This document shows positions 20,160 through 29,460 of a stretch of 64,000 nt of DNA, in pieces (within the stretch, counting starts at the first letter, position 1; each line of letters opens with the position of its first letter). The translations under genes were made by a program, and so were the position numbers. Below the pieces are notes generated by a model, which was not told the DNA's origin, ran no database searches, and saw only the letters and a list, made by a program, of their open reading frames with translations. The stretch covers positions 55,481-119,480 of the forward strand of contig JAVCCR010000032.1 in NCBI GenBank assembly GCA_030765485.1. The letters run 5' to 3'. The DNA comes from Candidatus Gygaella obscura. GTDB lineage: Bacteria > Omnitrophota > Gorgyraeia > Gygaellales > Gygaellaceae.

Positions 20160-20921
20160 ATGATATTTCTTTTGGTATTATTAATGGCATTGATAGTAGG
20201 TTTATCGTTTTTTATTATCACGAATATCAATTCTTCAGAGCATGATCAGAAGCTGGCAATAAAAAAACTTCAGGATGATGTAAAAAGAAAATCTCATGAG
20301 CTTGAAGATACCCAAATACATCTTAAGGAGTTTATTGAAAAACATCAGCAAAAGGAGAATGATAGGGATGCTGTAAATGAGCAGTTAAAAGAACTTCATA
20401 AGCTGCGTGATCTCTTAAAACAAAAAGAAAGTGAAATAGCAAAACTTACAAAAACCAACCAAGGATTAAATAATGATTTATCTGTTGTAAAACAAGATAT
20501 GGATAAATTAAATACAGAATTAATAAGTATAAATGAGGTATATAATGGTCTTAAAGAACAATACGCGGAATTAGAAAAAGATATGGAATCTTCTTCCAAG
20601 GAAGATTTTGTAGAGTCAGAAGTAAAGCCCGAGTTTGAGCAGCCGCCAAAGCAGGAAACAAAAAAAGAGTCTTTAAAGACTTCAGCAAAAGAGGAAAAAG
20701 ATATTACGGTTGATAATCCAAAGGTTGAAACACCTGATGAGAAGCAATCTTCGGAAAATACACCAGGTAAGGATAATTTAGATACGTTTTCAGAAGGTGA
20801 TACTATTATTGCAGAAAAAGATAAGTCTTTACCAGAGTCATCTAAAAAAGAAGATGATTCTGCTGGTCAAGAAGGAAAAGACAAGTCAGATATTAATAAG
20901 AATGATTTACCAAAGGAATAA
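20160..20921 (+). CDS. membrane-anchored coiled-coil protein with acidic disordered tail, embedded in the trp operon
   Basis: 253 aa with an N-terminal TM segment ([20 protein letters not shown]), about 130 aa of heptad-rich K/E/L coiled coil, and an acidic low-complexity C-terminus. Its stop overlaps the trpB start (TAATGA). Confidence 0.5.
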   Translation: MIFLLVLLMALIVGLSFFIITNINSSEHDQKLAIKKLQDDVKRKSHELEDTQIHLKEFIEKHQQKENDRDAVNEQLKELHKLRDLLKQKESEIAKLTKTNQGLNNDLSVVKQDMDKLNTELISINEVYNGLKEQYAELEKDMESSSKEDFVESEVKPEFEQPPKQETKKESLKTSAKEEKDITVDNPKVETPDEKQSSENTPGKDNLDTFSEGDTIIAEKDKSLPESSKKEDDSAGQEGKDKSDINKNDLPKE

Positions 20922-22099
20922 TGAGCGCTAAGAATAAAAGAAAAGGGTATTTTGATGAATTCGGAGGTAGTTTTGTTCCGGAGACGCTGGTTGCTTGTTT
21001 AGAAGAGCTTGACAATGAATACAGTAAGGCAATCAAAAGTTCCTTGTTTAAAAAGGAGCTTTATTATTATTTAAGTGATTTTGCCGGAAGGCCTACGCCT
21101 TTATATTTTGCTTTTAATTTAAGCAGGATTTTAAAATTGAAAATATACCTAAAAAGAGAAGATCTTTTACATACTGGAGCACACAAAATAAATAATACTT
21201 TAGGCCAGGTACTTTTAGCCAGGCGCATGGGTAAAAAAAGAATAATTGCTGAGACAGGCGCTGGTCAGCACGGAGTGGCTACGGCTACGGTTGCGGCTTT
21301 ATTTGGATTTAAATGCGATGTATATATGGGGCTAGAAGATATCAAAAGGCAAAGACTTAATGTTTTTAGAATGAAGTTAATGGGTGCGAATGTTATACCT
21401 GTGGAAAATGGCTCGCAGACTTTAAAAGATGCAATGACCGAGGCTTTGCGTGATTGGGTAACAAATGTAAGAGATACTCATTATATAATCGGCAGTGTTG
21501 CCGGGCCGCATCCTTATCCAGTGATGGTAAGGGATTTTCAGAAGATAATCGGAGAAGAAACAAAAAAAGAGATTTTGAAAAAAGAAAAGAGACTTCCAGA
21601 TTATCTTCTTGCCTGTGTGGGGGGCGGAAGTAATGCAATGGGATTGTTTTATCCTTTTTTTAATTATAAAAAAGTAAAGTTTATCGGTGTTGAAGCAGCC
21701 GGACTTGGGCTTGGTTCGTCTCATCACTCGGCTACTCTGGTTGCCGGTAGGATTGGGGTTTTGCATGGTTCAAAATCTAATGTGCTGCAGGATAAGTACG
21801 GCCAGATAAAAATTGCACATTCCATAGCAGCTGGACTTGATTATCCAGGGGTTGGTCCGGAACATTCTTTTTATAAAAAAATAAAAAGGGCAGAGTATGT
21901 CGCCGTGAGCGACAAAGAGGCAATGGAAGGTTTTAAATTCTTAAGTGAAAAAGAAGGTATTATTCCTGCTCTTGAAACGGCACATGCCGTAGCCTATCTA
22001 AAGAAATTGTCCAAGAGGGCTAAGAAGAATTCTCTTGTTGTTCTTTGTCTTTCTGGAAGAGGCGATAAGGACATGGATATAGTGTATAAACGAATTTAA
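20921..22099 (+). CDS. trpB: tryptophan synthase beta chain
   Basis: 392 aa with PLP-lysine context HTGAHKINN and GGGSNAMG. Confidence 0.9.
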   Translation: MSAKNKRKGYFDEFGGSFVPETLVACLEELDNEYSKAIKSSLFKKELYYYLSDFAGRPTPLYFAFNLSRILKLKIYLKREDLLHTGAHKINNTLGQVLLARRMGKKRIIAETGAGQHGVATATVAALFGFKCDVYMGLEDIKRQRLNVFRMKLMGANVIPVENGSQTLKDAMTEALRDWVTNVRDTHYIIGSVAGPHPYPVMVRDFQKIIGEETKKEILKKEKRLPDYLLACVGGGSNAMGLFYPFFNYKKVKFIGVEAAGLGLGSSHHSATLVAGRIGVLHGSKSNVLQDKYGQIKIAHSIAAGLDYPGVGPEHSFYKKIKRAEYVAVSDKEAMEGFKFLSEKEGIIPALETAHAVAYLKKLSKRAKKNSLVVLCLSGRGDKDMDIVYKRI

Positions 22100-22102
22100 G
22101 CA

Positions 22103-22897
22103 ATGAACAGAATTGAGAATCAATTTTCCGACTTGAAAAGAAAAAAAAAGAAAGCATTTATTGCTTTCTTGACCGCAGGCCTTCCTTCACTTGAAAAAAC
22201 CTATAGACTTATTATAGAATTCGAAAAAAGAGGGGTTGATATTATTGAAATTGGTGTTCCTTTTTCTGATCCTTTAGCAGACGGTCCGATAATTCAAGAG
22301 GCTTCAAGCTTTGCTTTGAAAAATAAAATTAACCTAGAGAAAATACTTTCTTTGGTTAAAAAGGTTAGAACCAAAAGTCAGATCCCGATGCTATTAATGA
22401 CTTATTATAATCCCGTATTTTGTTTTCCTCAGGAGCGCTTTATTGAAGAGGCTAAACTAGCGGGAGTAGACGGTTTGATTATTCCTGATCTTCCTCCGGA
22501 AGAGGCCGTTGTTATTTCCAGAAAAGCTAATAATTTTGATGTTGATATTGTTTTTTTTGCTGCTCCGACAAGTTCTACCTCTCATTTAAAACTGGTTTCC
22601 AGGGCTTCTAAAGGGTTTATTTACTACATAAGTGTTACCGGAGTAACAGGTGTAAGGAATAAACTTCCTTTAGATTTGTCGAAGAATATTAAACGAGTAA
22701 AGCGCTTGAGTAAGAAACCGGTTTGCATCGGTTTCGGTATTTCTTCTTCAAAACAGGTGAGTGATGTTTCTCGTTTTTGTGACGGAGTTATCGTTGGCAG
22801 TGCAATAGTCAGTAAGATCAGAGATAATATTAATAGCCATAATATGGTCAAAAAAGTCGGTAAGTTTGTCGAAAGCCTTACCTGTGTATTGAAATAA
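22103..22897 (+). CDS. trpA: tryptophan synthase alpha chain
   Basis: 264 aa with IEIGVPFSDPLADGP. Confidence 0.9.
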   Translation: MNRIENQFSDLKRKKKKAFIAFLTAGLPSLEKTYRLIIEFEKRGVDIIEIGVPFSDPLADGPIIQEASSFALKNKINLEKILSLVKKVRTKSQIPMLLMTYYNPVFCFPQERFIEEAKLAGVDGLIIPDLPPEEAVVISRKANNFDVDIVFFAAPTSSTSHLKLVSRASKGFIYYISVTGVTGVRNKLPLDLSKNIKRVKRLSKKPVCIGFGISSSKQVSDVSRFCDGVIVGSAIVSKIRDNINSHNMVKKVGKFVESLTCVLK

Positions 22898-22904
22898 CCT
22901 AGAT

Positions 22905-24176
22905 ATGCATCAGCAATTAATTACTTTGGAAAACGGGTTGCGTGTAATTTCTTTGAAGGAAACCGATAAAAGATCAGTTTCTTTAGGGATCTGGTTTAAC
23001 GTCGGGTCGCGCTATGAAGAAAAAAAAGAAAAGGGGATTGCTCATTTTATCGAACATATGATGTTTAAGGGGTCTCAGCGTTTTGATAAGGACCAGATAA
23101 AGCGTTCCATAGAAGGTGTAGGAGGTACTTTAAATGCTTTTACAAGCGAAGAATTTACCTGTTATTTGGCAAAGATACCTTATCAGCATATAGATTTGAC
23201 TTTAGATGTGCTTTGCGATATGTGTCTTCATCCCGTATTCGATGCACAAGAGTTGGAAAAAGAAAGATCAGTAATTTTAGAAGAGATGAAGATGTATAAA
23301 GATCATCCGGCGATTTATGTCAATGAGTTGTTAGATCGATTGATGTGGCCGGATTGTTCTTTGGGGGATCCGGTTATCGGCTATGAAGAAAATCTTTTGG
23401 CTATGAAAAGAAGCGATCTTGTTAGCTTCAGAGATAATTTTTACGTGCCTAATAATACCGTTATTTCTGTTTGTGGATATTTTGACAGTGATAAGTTGAA
23501 CAAAAAAATCTCTGCTTTGTTTAGCGGATATAAAAAGAAAGAAGTGAGGGCATTTAAAAAGGTAAGTAAAAGCAGCGTTTCTCCGCAGGTGAAGATTTTT
23601 AAAAAGGACACCGAACAGACCCATTTATCTCTTGGTTTCTATGCTTCTAAAAGAAAAAGCCCGGATAGGTACGCGTTGGCTGTATTAAACGTTATTATGG
23701 GGGCAAATATGTCCAGTAGGTTATTTGATGTAATAAGAGAAAAAGAAGGTCTTGCCTATTCTATTTCCAGCTCTTTGAGAAAATTCCATGATGCCGGTTT
23801 ATTTTTGGTGCGTTCAGGCATTAAGAATGAGAATTTGATAAAATATATTAAGTTATTGCTACAGGAATTAAATAGGGTAAAACAAGAGCTAGTTTCTGTG
23901 AATGAATTTAAAAGGGCCAAAGATTTTCTTATCGGTCAGCTGGAATTATCTTTGGAGGATACCTTGGAAAATATGTTTTTTGCAGGTGAGTCTATTATAG
24001 CGCTTGGAAAACTTGATTCATTGGACGCAATAGTTAAGAAAATTGAAGAGGTAACTCCTGAGCAGGTGAAAGATTTAGCTAATAAGATTTTTAGAAAGGA
24101 AGCTATGAATATGGCGATAATCGGACCTCATGAAAATAAAATATCAGAACTAATTTTAAAGGAGTTAACTCTATAA
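22905..24176 (+). CDS. M16-family (pitrilysin-like) zinc peptidase
   Basis: 423 aa with the inverted zinc motif HxxEH (GIAHFIEHMMFKGS). Confidence 0.8.
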   Translation: MHQQLITLENGLRVISLKETDKRSVSLGIWFNVGSRYEEKKEKGIAHFIEHMMFKGSQRFDKDQIKRSIEGVGGTLNAFTSEEFTCYLAKIPYQHIDLTLDVLCDMCLHPVFDAQELEKERSVILEEMKMYKDHPAIYVNELLDRLMWPDCSLGDPVIGYEENLLAMKRSDLVSFRDNFYVPNNTVISVCGYFDSDKLNKKISALFSGYKKKEVRAFKKVSKSSVSPQVKIFKKDTEQTHLSLGFYASKRKSPDRYALAVLNVIMGANMSSRLFDVIREKEGLAYSISSSLRKFHDAGLFLVRSGIKNENLIKYIKLLLQELNRVKQELVSVNEFKRAKDFLIGQLELSLEDTLENMFFAGESIIALGKLDSLDAIVKKIEEVTPEQVKDLANKIFRKEAMNMAIIGPHENKISELILKELTL

Positions 24177-24178
24177 TT

Positions 24179-25198
24179 ATGGAAGGGTTATTTAATCTAC
24201 CTGTTGTTTTTTTTACTTTAGTTATTCTAGTTATACTCTCAATGTTTTTTGCCCTTTCGGAAACAGCTTTTGTTGCTTTGAATAAGTTGCGGCTAAGGCA
24301 GCTTCTGAAAAAAAAGGTAAAAGGAGCTCAAAGCGCTCAGAGGGTTTTTTCGAAAATGGATCAGCTAATCTCTTTGATTCTTATTGGTAACAATTTTGTT
24401 AATATTGCGATTTCTGCTTTAGTGACGAGTGTTTTTATATTTAAGTTTGGACCTAAATGGGGTGTATTAATTGCTACATTCTGTGTAGGTATTTTTATAG
24501 TTATATTCTGCGAGATAATACCAAAACTGTTTGCTATTCAGTATTCTAAGCGTACGGCGCTTGTTTTAGCTCCATTTTTGGAATATTTAATAAAGCTTTT
24601 TTCTCCCTTGGTTAGCGTTTTTGCATCTTTTAGCAATTTCGTTTTAAGGATTTTCGGCGGGAAGCCCCAAAAAAGAATTCCACTATTATCAGAAGAAGAA
24701 CTTAGAATAATGATCGAACTTGGTAGAGAAGAGGGAGTTGTTACGGAACAAGAGCTTAAGATTCTTCATAAGACTTTTGATTTCAGCGATCTTAAGGCAA
24801 AGGATATTCTTATTTCCAAAGATGAAATCGTAGCAGTTAACATTAAAGATAGCGCTTCGGAACTGATGCGTATTTTGGTAGAAGAAGGACATTCCAGGAT
24901 TCCCGCATATGAAGGTACAATTGATAATGTTAAGGGTATAATTTATGCCAGAGACCTGCTTTATCTTTTAAGCCATAAGGATTTATTTTTAGTTTCTGAT
25001 ATAGTACATCCGGCTTATTTTATAGAAGGGGATAAGAAGATAAGCGAGCTTTTAAAGGAATTCCAGCAAAAAAAGTTACAGATTGCAATTGTAACTGATA
25101 GCGTAGGTCGAACCCTAGGGTTGGTTACTTTAGAAGATTTATTGGAAGAGATAGTTGGGGAGATAGAAGAAGACACTTTTAATATTCCAGTGAGATAG
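24179..25198 (+). CDS. CNNM/HlyC-CorC-family transporter (DUF21 + CBS pair)
   Basis: 339 aa with an N-terminal 4-TM DUF21 region followed by tandem CBS domains. No CorC_HlyC C-terminal domain. Confidence 0.8.
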   Translation: MEGLFNLPVVFFTLVILVILSMFFALSETAFVALNKLRLRQLLKKKVKGAQSAQRVFSKMDQLISLILIGNNFVNIAISALVTSVFIFKFGPKWGVLIATFCVGIFIVIFCEIIPKLFAIQYSKRTALVLAPFLEYLIKLFSPLVSVFASFSNFVLRIFGGKPQKRIPLLSEEELRIMIELGREEGVVTEQELKILHKTFDFSDLKAKDILISKDEIVAVNIKDSASELMRILVEEGHSRIPAYEGTIDNVKGIIYARDLLYLLSHKDLFLVSDIVHPAYFIEGDKKISELLKEFQQKKLQIAIVTDSVGRTLGLVTLEDLLEEIVGEIEEDTFNIPVR

Positions 25199-25227
25199 TT
25201 TTGATATTAGTCTAGACAGAGCTATTG

Positions 25228-25256
25228 TTGACATTGATTTTAAATTATGGTAGTAT
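25228..25256 (+). promoter_or_regulatory. sigma70-type promoter TTGACA-17-TAGTAT with extended -10 TG
   Basis: TTGACA at 25228-25233, a 17 bp spacer, and TGGTAGTAT ending at 25256. It lies 36 bp upstream of the small ORF at 25292. Confidence 0.6.
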
Positions 25257-25291
25257 CTTCTTAGATTATCAAGAGAAAGGAGCAGTTTGTT

Positions 25292-25438
25292 ATGGAACAA
25301 GGATATTGCGTAAAATGTAAAGCTAAAAGAGATATGAAAGACACACAAAATGTCACTCTAAAAAACGGCCGTTCAGCACTTAAGGGAAAATGTACTACCT
25401 GCGACACAAGCATGTTTAAGATTTTAGGAAAAAAGTAA
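25292..25438 (+). CDS. small zinc-ribbon protein (CxxC...CxxC, DUF5679-like), 48 aa
   Basis: The ORF MEQGYCVKCKAKRDMKDTQNVTLKNGRSALKGKCTTCDTSMFKILGKK is preceded by RBS AGGAG (25278-25282) and the promoter above. It is below the ORF-track size cut-off. Confidence 0.55.
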   Translation: MEQGYCVKCKAKRDMKDTQNVTLKNGRSALKGKCTTCDTSMFKILGKK

Positions 25439-25447
25439 AATTTTAAG

Positions 25448-25831
25448 TTGATAACTTCTAGAAAAAAAGCATATTTAGCAGCTAAGATAGCACAAGATAA
25501 GAAAGTTAAAGACCTTACGATTTTGGATATGCGTAAGGTCTGTAATTTTTGCAATTATTTCGTAGTTCTTACCGTTAGATCTAATCCTCAGTCACAGGCT
25601 GTTAAGGATGCTGTTAGTGAAGGATTCACCCAGCAGGGGATAGCGTATAGAATTAATGGAAATAACAGCGATTGGGTTTTGATTGATTCTTATGATGTTG
25701 TTGTGCATATTTTTGATGAGAATGCCAGGGATTTTTATAGTTTGGAACGCCTCTGGCAGAACGCAAGTCAGTTAAAATTACCCTCCTCAGTTAAAAATGG
25801 TCCAAAAAAAGTTAGAAGAAAACCTCGTTAA
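25448..25831 (+). CDS. rsfS: ribosomal silencing factor RsfS (Iojap)
   Basis: 127 aa with LTILDMRKVCNFCNYFVVLTVRSNPQSQAV. Confidence 0.85.
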   Translation: MITSRKKAYLAAKIAQDKKVKDLTILDMRKVCNFCNYFVVLTVRSNPQSQAVKDAVSEGFTQQGIAYRINGNNSDWVLIDSYDVVVHIFDENARDFYSLERLWQNASQLKLPSSVKNGPKKVRRKPR

Positions 25832-27446
25832 AGTAATTACAAAAGTTCTGCAGGATTTTTCCCTCAATGAGCCTTCAATTTTAAAAGAGATATCCCTAGA
25901 TATTCCTGATGCGGCTTTTGGTGATCTGTCTTCTAACATCGCATTTAAGCTTACCAAAAGTCTTAAAAAAGCCCCTATTGAAATAGCCAGAGATTTTGTT
26001 GTAAGGCTTACATCTTTTGTAGAAAAAGATGTATTTTTATCCACATATATAGAAAAAATCAGTGTTGCCGCCGCTGGTTTTATAAATTTTTCTTTAAAAA
26101 AAGAATTTTATACTGATTTATTGAAAGAAATACTTAGAACTAAACGTAATTTCTCGAAGCTTAATCTTGGTAAAAACAGGAAAGTCCAGATAGAGTTTGT
26201 AAGCGCTAATCCTACAGGGCCGCTTTCTATTGCCCATGCAAGACAGGCAGCGATTGGCGATGCCCTTTGTAACCTGTTGAGGTTTTTTGGATACAAGGTA
26301 ATTAAAGAGTATTATATTAATGATGAAGGTAACCAGATTAATATTCTGGCGCAGTCTACCCAGGCAAGACTTAAGGAGTTATTGCAAGAGCCGGTTGAAT
26401 TTAAAGAAGAGTTTTATCAGGGAGATTATATTTATGATATCGCAAGGACGTTGTTAAAGGATGACCCTGGGAAAAAAGATGATTTAAAGTTTTTAGCTGA
26501 TTATTCCGTTAAATATCTTCTTGATGTTATAAAAAAGGATTTGAGAGATTTTGGAGTTACTTTTGATGTTTGGTTTTCTCAGCGTAAACTTATCCTTAAA
26601 AACGTACTTAAATTGATAGAGCGTCTTAGAGAAAAAGGGTATATTTATGATTTAGATGCAGCGGTTTGGTTTAAATCTACTTCTTTTGGCGATGATAAAG
26701 ATAGAGTAGTTGTAAAAAACGATAACACTCTTACTTATCTTGCTTGGGATATACTCTATCACGAAAATAAATTCAAGAGGGGTTTTAAAGAGGTCATAGA
26801 TATTTGGGGTCCGGACCATCATGGATATAAGGCTAGAATGTATTCGGTTGTTCAGGCTTTGGGTTTAACCAAAGAGCAGCTGTCTATATTGATAATTCAG
26901 TTAGCAACTATCTATAGGGATGGAAAGCCTGTTTCGATGTCGACAAGAAGAGGCACTTATATTTCTTTAAGAGAAGTTTTAGATGAGGTTGGTAAAGATG
27001 CCGCCAGGTTCTTTTTTATGATGCGTAGGATTTCAAGTCATTTGGATTTTGATCTTGAATTGGCGAAACGTCACAGCCCGGAAAACCCAGTATATTATGT
27101 TCAGTATGCCTATGCCCGTATTGCCAATATAATAAAAAATGCCTCGACCTATAAAATAGGCGCTGATCTGGATCTATTGAAGGAGCCGGAGGAATTATCT
27201 CTTATGCGTATACTGCTTAAATATTCTTATGTTTTAAAACAGTGCGTCAATATTAAAGACCCGTGCAATATAACAGGCTATCTGCAGGAATTGGCCGCAG
27301 CATTCCATAAATTTTATGATAAACATAAGGTTTTAGTTGATGAGCCGCATTTACGAAACGCAAGATTAACCCTTATAGCTTGTGTTCAGATTATTTTAAG
27401 CAATTCTTTTTCCTTTCTAGGGATTAGTTCTCCTGAAAAGATGTAG
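25797..27446 (+). CDS. argS: arginine--tRNA ligase
   Basis: 549 aa with class I HIGH region (ANPTGPLSIAHARQAAIGD) and a KMSTR-like MSTRRG. The start at 25797 overlaps rsfS by 35 nt, so the true start is uncertain. Confidence 0.9.
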   Translation: MVQKKLEENLVKVITKVLQDFSLNEPSILKEISLDIPDAAFGDLSSNIAFKLTKSLKKAPIEIARDFVVRLTSFVEKDVFLSTYIEKISVAAAGFINFSLKKEFYTDLLKEILRTKRNFSKLNLGKNRKVQIEFVSANPTGPLSIAHARQAAIGDALCNLLRFFGYKVIKEYYINDEGNQINILAQSTQARLKELLQEPVEFKEEFYQGDYIYDIARTLLKDDPGKKDDLKFLADYSVKYLLDVIKKDLRDFGVTFDVWFSQRKLILKNVLKLIERLREKGYIYDLDAAVWFKSTSFGDDKDRVVVKNDNTLTYLAWDILYHENKFKRGFKEVIDIWGPDHHGYKARMYSVVQALGLTKEQLSILIIQLATIYRDGKPVSMSTRRGTYISLREVLDEVGKDAARFFFMMRRISSHLDFDLELAKRHSPENPVYYVQYAYARIANIIKNASTYKIGADLDLLKEPEELSLMRILLKYSYVLKQCVNIKDPCNITGYLQELAAAFHKFYDKHKVLVDEPHLRNARLTLIACVQIILSNSFSFLGISSPEKM

Positions 27447-27448
27447 TT

Positions 27449-29137
27449 ATGAGAAGATTATGGAATATATATAAGCCTTCCCGAGTTCTAGAAAATAAGC
27501 TTTCTAAAGATTTATCGATTAGCCCAATACTTGCTAGAATTCTTGTAAAAAGAGGCATGATTGATTCCCGCCAAGCTAAGGAGTTTTTAACTCCTGATAT
27601 CAATAAGCTTTATAGTCCTTTTACTCTTCCGGATATGGAAAAGGCAGTTGAGCGTATCAAAAAAGCCATAGGAGCTTCTGAGAATATGCTTATTTTCTCA
27701 GATTATGATGTTGATGGCATAACTTCCTGCGCTGTGCTTAAAAGGGCTCTTCTAACGATGTCTGCACGAATATTTCATTATTTTCCGCATCGTATAAAAG
27801 AGGGTTATGGTTTAAATAAAAATATAGTTAAGTTTTGTCTTGCGCGTAATATAACTTTATTGATTGCTTTAGATTGCGGCACTTCAGATAGAAAAATTAT
27901 AAATATATTGTCAGAAAAGGGGATTGATGTAATTGTCGTGGATCATCATTTGCCCGTAGAGGAAAGTATCGCTCATCCATTTTGCTTGATTAATCCGAAG
28001 ATAAGTACGTCAATATATAAATTTAAGGATCTTGCTGCGGTGGGTTTAAGTTTTAAGCTTGCTCAAGCCTTGACTGGAAAACAATTATGGGATGATTTAG
28101 ATCTTGTGTGTTTAGGCACGGTTGCCGATGTTGTTCCGCTTTTAGGCGAAAACCGCATTATTGTAAAAGAAGGCTTGTCTAGATTGCAGTGTACTCAGAA
28201 GTTAGGTCTTCAGGCGTTAATAAAAGTAAGCAGTATTAAGACCGACAGTATAGCTCCTTTTCATATTGGTTTTATTTTAGCTCCCCGTTTAAATGCTGCA
28301 GGCAGAATCGATTCCGCAGAGATAGCTTTTATGTTATTAATGAGTCAAAGTTATGATGAAGCTGTAAGATATGCAACTTTGCTTAATCAGCATAATCGCA
28401 AACGTCAGAATATTGAGTCAGATGTGTATAAGCAGGCTGTTGAGAGTATAGAGCGGAATTTTGATTTTGATAAAGATAGAGTTATTGTTTTACATCAAAA
28501 AGGCTGGCATTTGGGCGTAACAGGAATCGTGGCGTCAAAGATAGCCGATAGATATTATCGTCCGACTATTATAATTTCATTTGAAAATGGTTTGGGAAGA
28601 GGCTCGGCGCGCTCAATTGATAGTTTTCATATTTTAGATAGCTTAAAGAAGTGCTCTAAATTGCTTAAGGATTTTGGCGGGCATAGGCGTGCTGCCGGGT
28701 TGAGCATAGAGGAGAGTAAGATTAATTTATTTAATCAAGAAATAAACAGTTTTGCAAGGAAGGTTATAACAGAATTTGATTTGTGTCGTAATATTGAAAT
28801 AGACTCACATCTTGATTTTGATTCTATTGATGAAAATCTTTTAAAAGAATTAAAGTGGTTGGCTCCATTTGGTGAAGGTAACCCAGAACCAAAATTTTGC
28901 ACAAGGTCATTATGTTTAAAGGCTAGCCCGAGAGTGCTTGCAAAAGAAACGCTTAAATTATGGTTAACTGACAATATAAAGGTTTTGCCTGCCATAGGTT
29001 TTGGTATGTCTTCTTTTTTATCAACCGTTAAAAATGCCAAACAGATAGATCTTATCTATGGTATTTCTAAGGATACCTGGCAAGGACAAGATAGTATTAT
29101 CTTGAAGATTAAGGATTTGAGGTCTTCTTTGGTTTGA
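27449..29137 (+). CDS. recJ: single-stranded-DNA-specific exonuclease RecJ
   Basis: 562 aa with DHH motifs (SDYDVDGIT, VVDHH) and a DHHA1 domain. Confidence 0.9.
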   Translation: MRRLWNIYKPSRVLENKLSKDLSISPILARILVKRGMIDSRQAKEFLTPDINKLYSPFTLPDMEKAVERIKKAIGASENMLIFSDYDVDGITSCAVLKRALLTMSARIFHYFPHRIKEGYGLNKNIVKFCLARNITLLIALDCGTSDRKIINILSEKGIDVIVVDHHLPVEESIAHPFCLINPKISTSIYKFKDLAAVGLSFKLAQALTGKQLWDDLDLVCLGTVADVVPLLGENRIIVKEGLSRLQCTQKLGLQALIKVSSIKTDSIAPFHIGFILAPRLNAAGRIDSAEIAFMLLMSQSYDEAVRYATLLNQHNRKRQNIESDVYKQAVESIERNFDFDKDRVIVLHQKGWHLGVTGIVASKIADRYYRPTIIISFENGLGRGSARSIDSFHILDSLKKCSKLLKDFGGHRRAAGLSIEESKINLFNQEINSFARKVITEFDLCRNIEIDSHLDFDSIDENLLKELKWLAPFGEGNPEPKFCTRSLCLKASPRVLAKETLKLWLTDNIKVLPAIGFGMSSFLSTVKNAKQIDLIYGISKDTWQGQDSIILKIKDLRSSLV

Positions 29138-29363
29138 CGTATTTTTTGACTTTCCCCGCTTTTATACATTTAGTACAGACATTGACTGCTTTGATAGTTT
29201 TTTTGTCAATGATGCGTACCTTTTGTAAATTAGGCGAGAAATATCTTTTATTTACACGGGAGATTTTGCTACCGGTACCGCCTTTTTTCTTGTAGAGACC
29301 TTTACGGGAATTTGTTTTTCCCGCTACTTTTTTCTTTCCGCAATAAAAACATTGTTTAGCCAT
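29109..29363 (-). CDS. rpmB: 50S ribosomal protein L28
   Basis: 84 aa from MAKQCFYCGKKKVAGKTNSRKGLYKKKGGTGSKISRVNKRYFSPNLQKVRIIDKK. I took the start at MAKQ rather than the ORF-track upstream Met at 29408. It is convergent with recJ and overlaps it by 29 nt. Confidence 0.8.
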   Translation of the reverse strand: MAKQCFYCGKKKVAGKTNSRKGLYKKKGGTGSKISRVNKRYFSPNLQKVRIIDKKTIKAVNVCTKCIKAGKVKKYVKPKKTSNP

Positions 29364-29422
29364 AGGTAAAAGTATATATAAAAAGATTTTTTTGTCAAGT
29401 TTTTTCACTAATTATAAATACA

Positions 29423-29451
29423 TTGATTTAATAAGCAAGGCTTTGTATAAT
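29423..29451 (+). promoter_or_regulatory. sigma70-type promoter TTGATT-17-TATAAT (TG-adjacent -10)
   Basis: TTGATT at 29423-29428, a 17 bp spacer, and TATAAT at 29446-29451. It is only ~10 nt upstream of ATG 29461, implying a near-leaderless transcript with no SD. Confidence 0.55.
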
Positions 29452-29460
29452 GAGCCTATT

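Noticed and set aside
29364-29408. Upstream extension of rpmB (ORF-track start at 29408, MKKLDKKIFLYILLP...)
   Set aside because: L28 homologs start at the conserved M-x-(K/R)-x-C motif. I took the MAKQC start at 29363. The 15-aa extension is hydrophobic and unconserved-looking.
29392-29460. Upstream extension of the beta-CASP RNase ORF (MSSFFTNYKYIDLISKALYNEPI)
   Set aside because: A near-consensus -35/-10 promoter lies inside this extension, and the conserved MBL N-terminus begins at MPVKLKF. The extension is likely non-coding.
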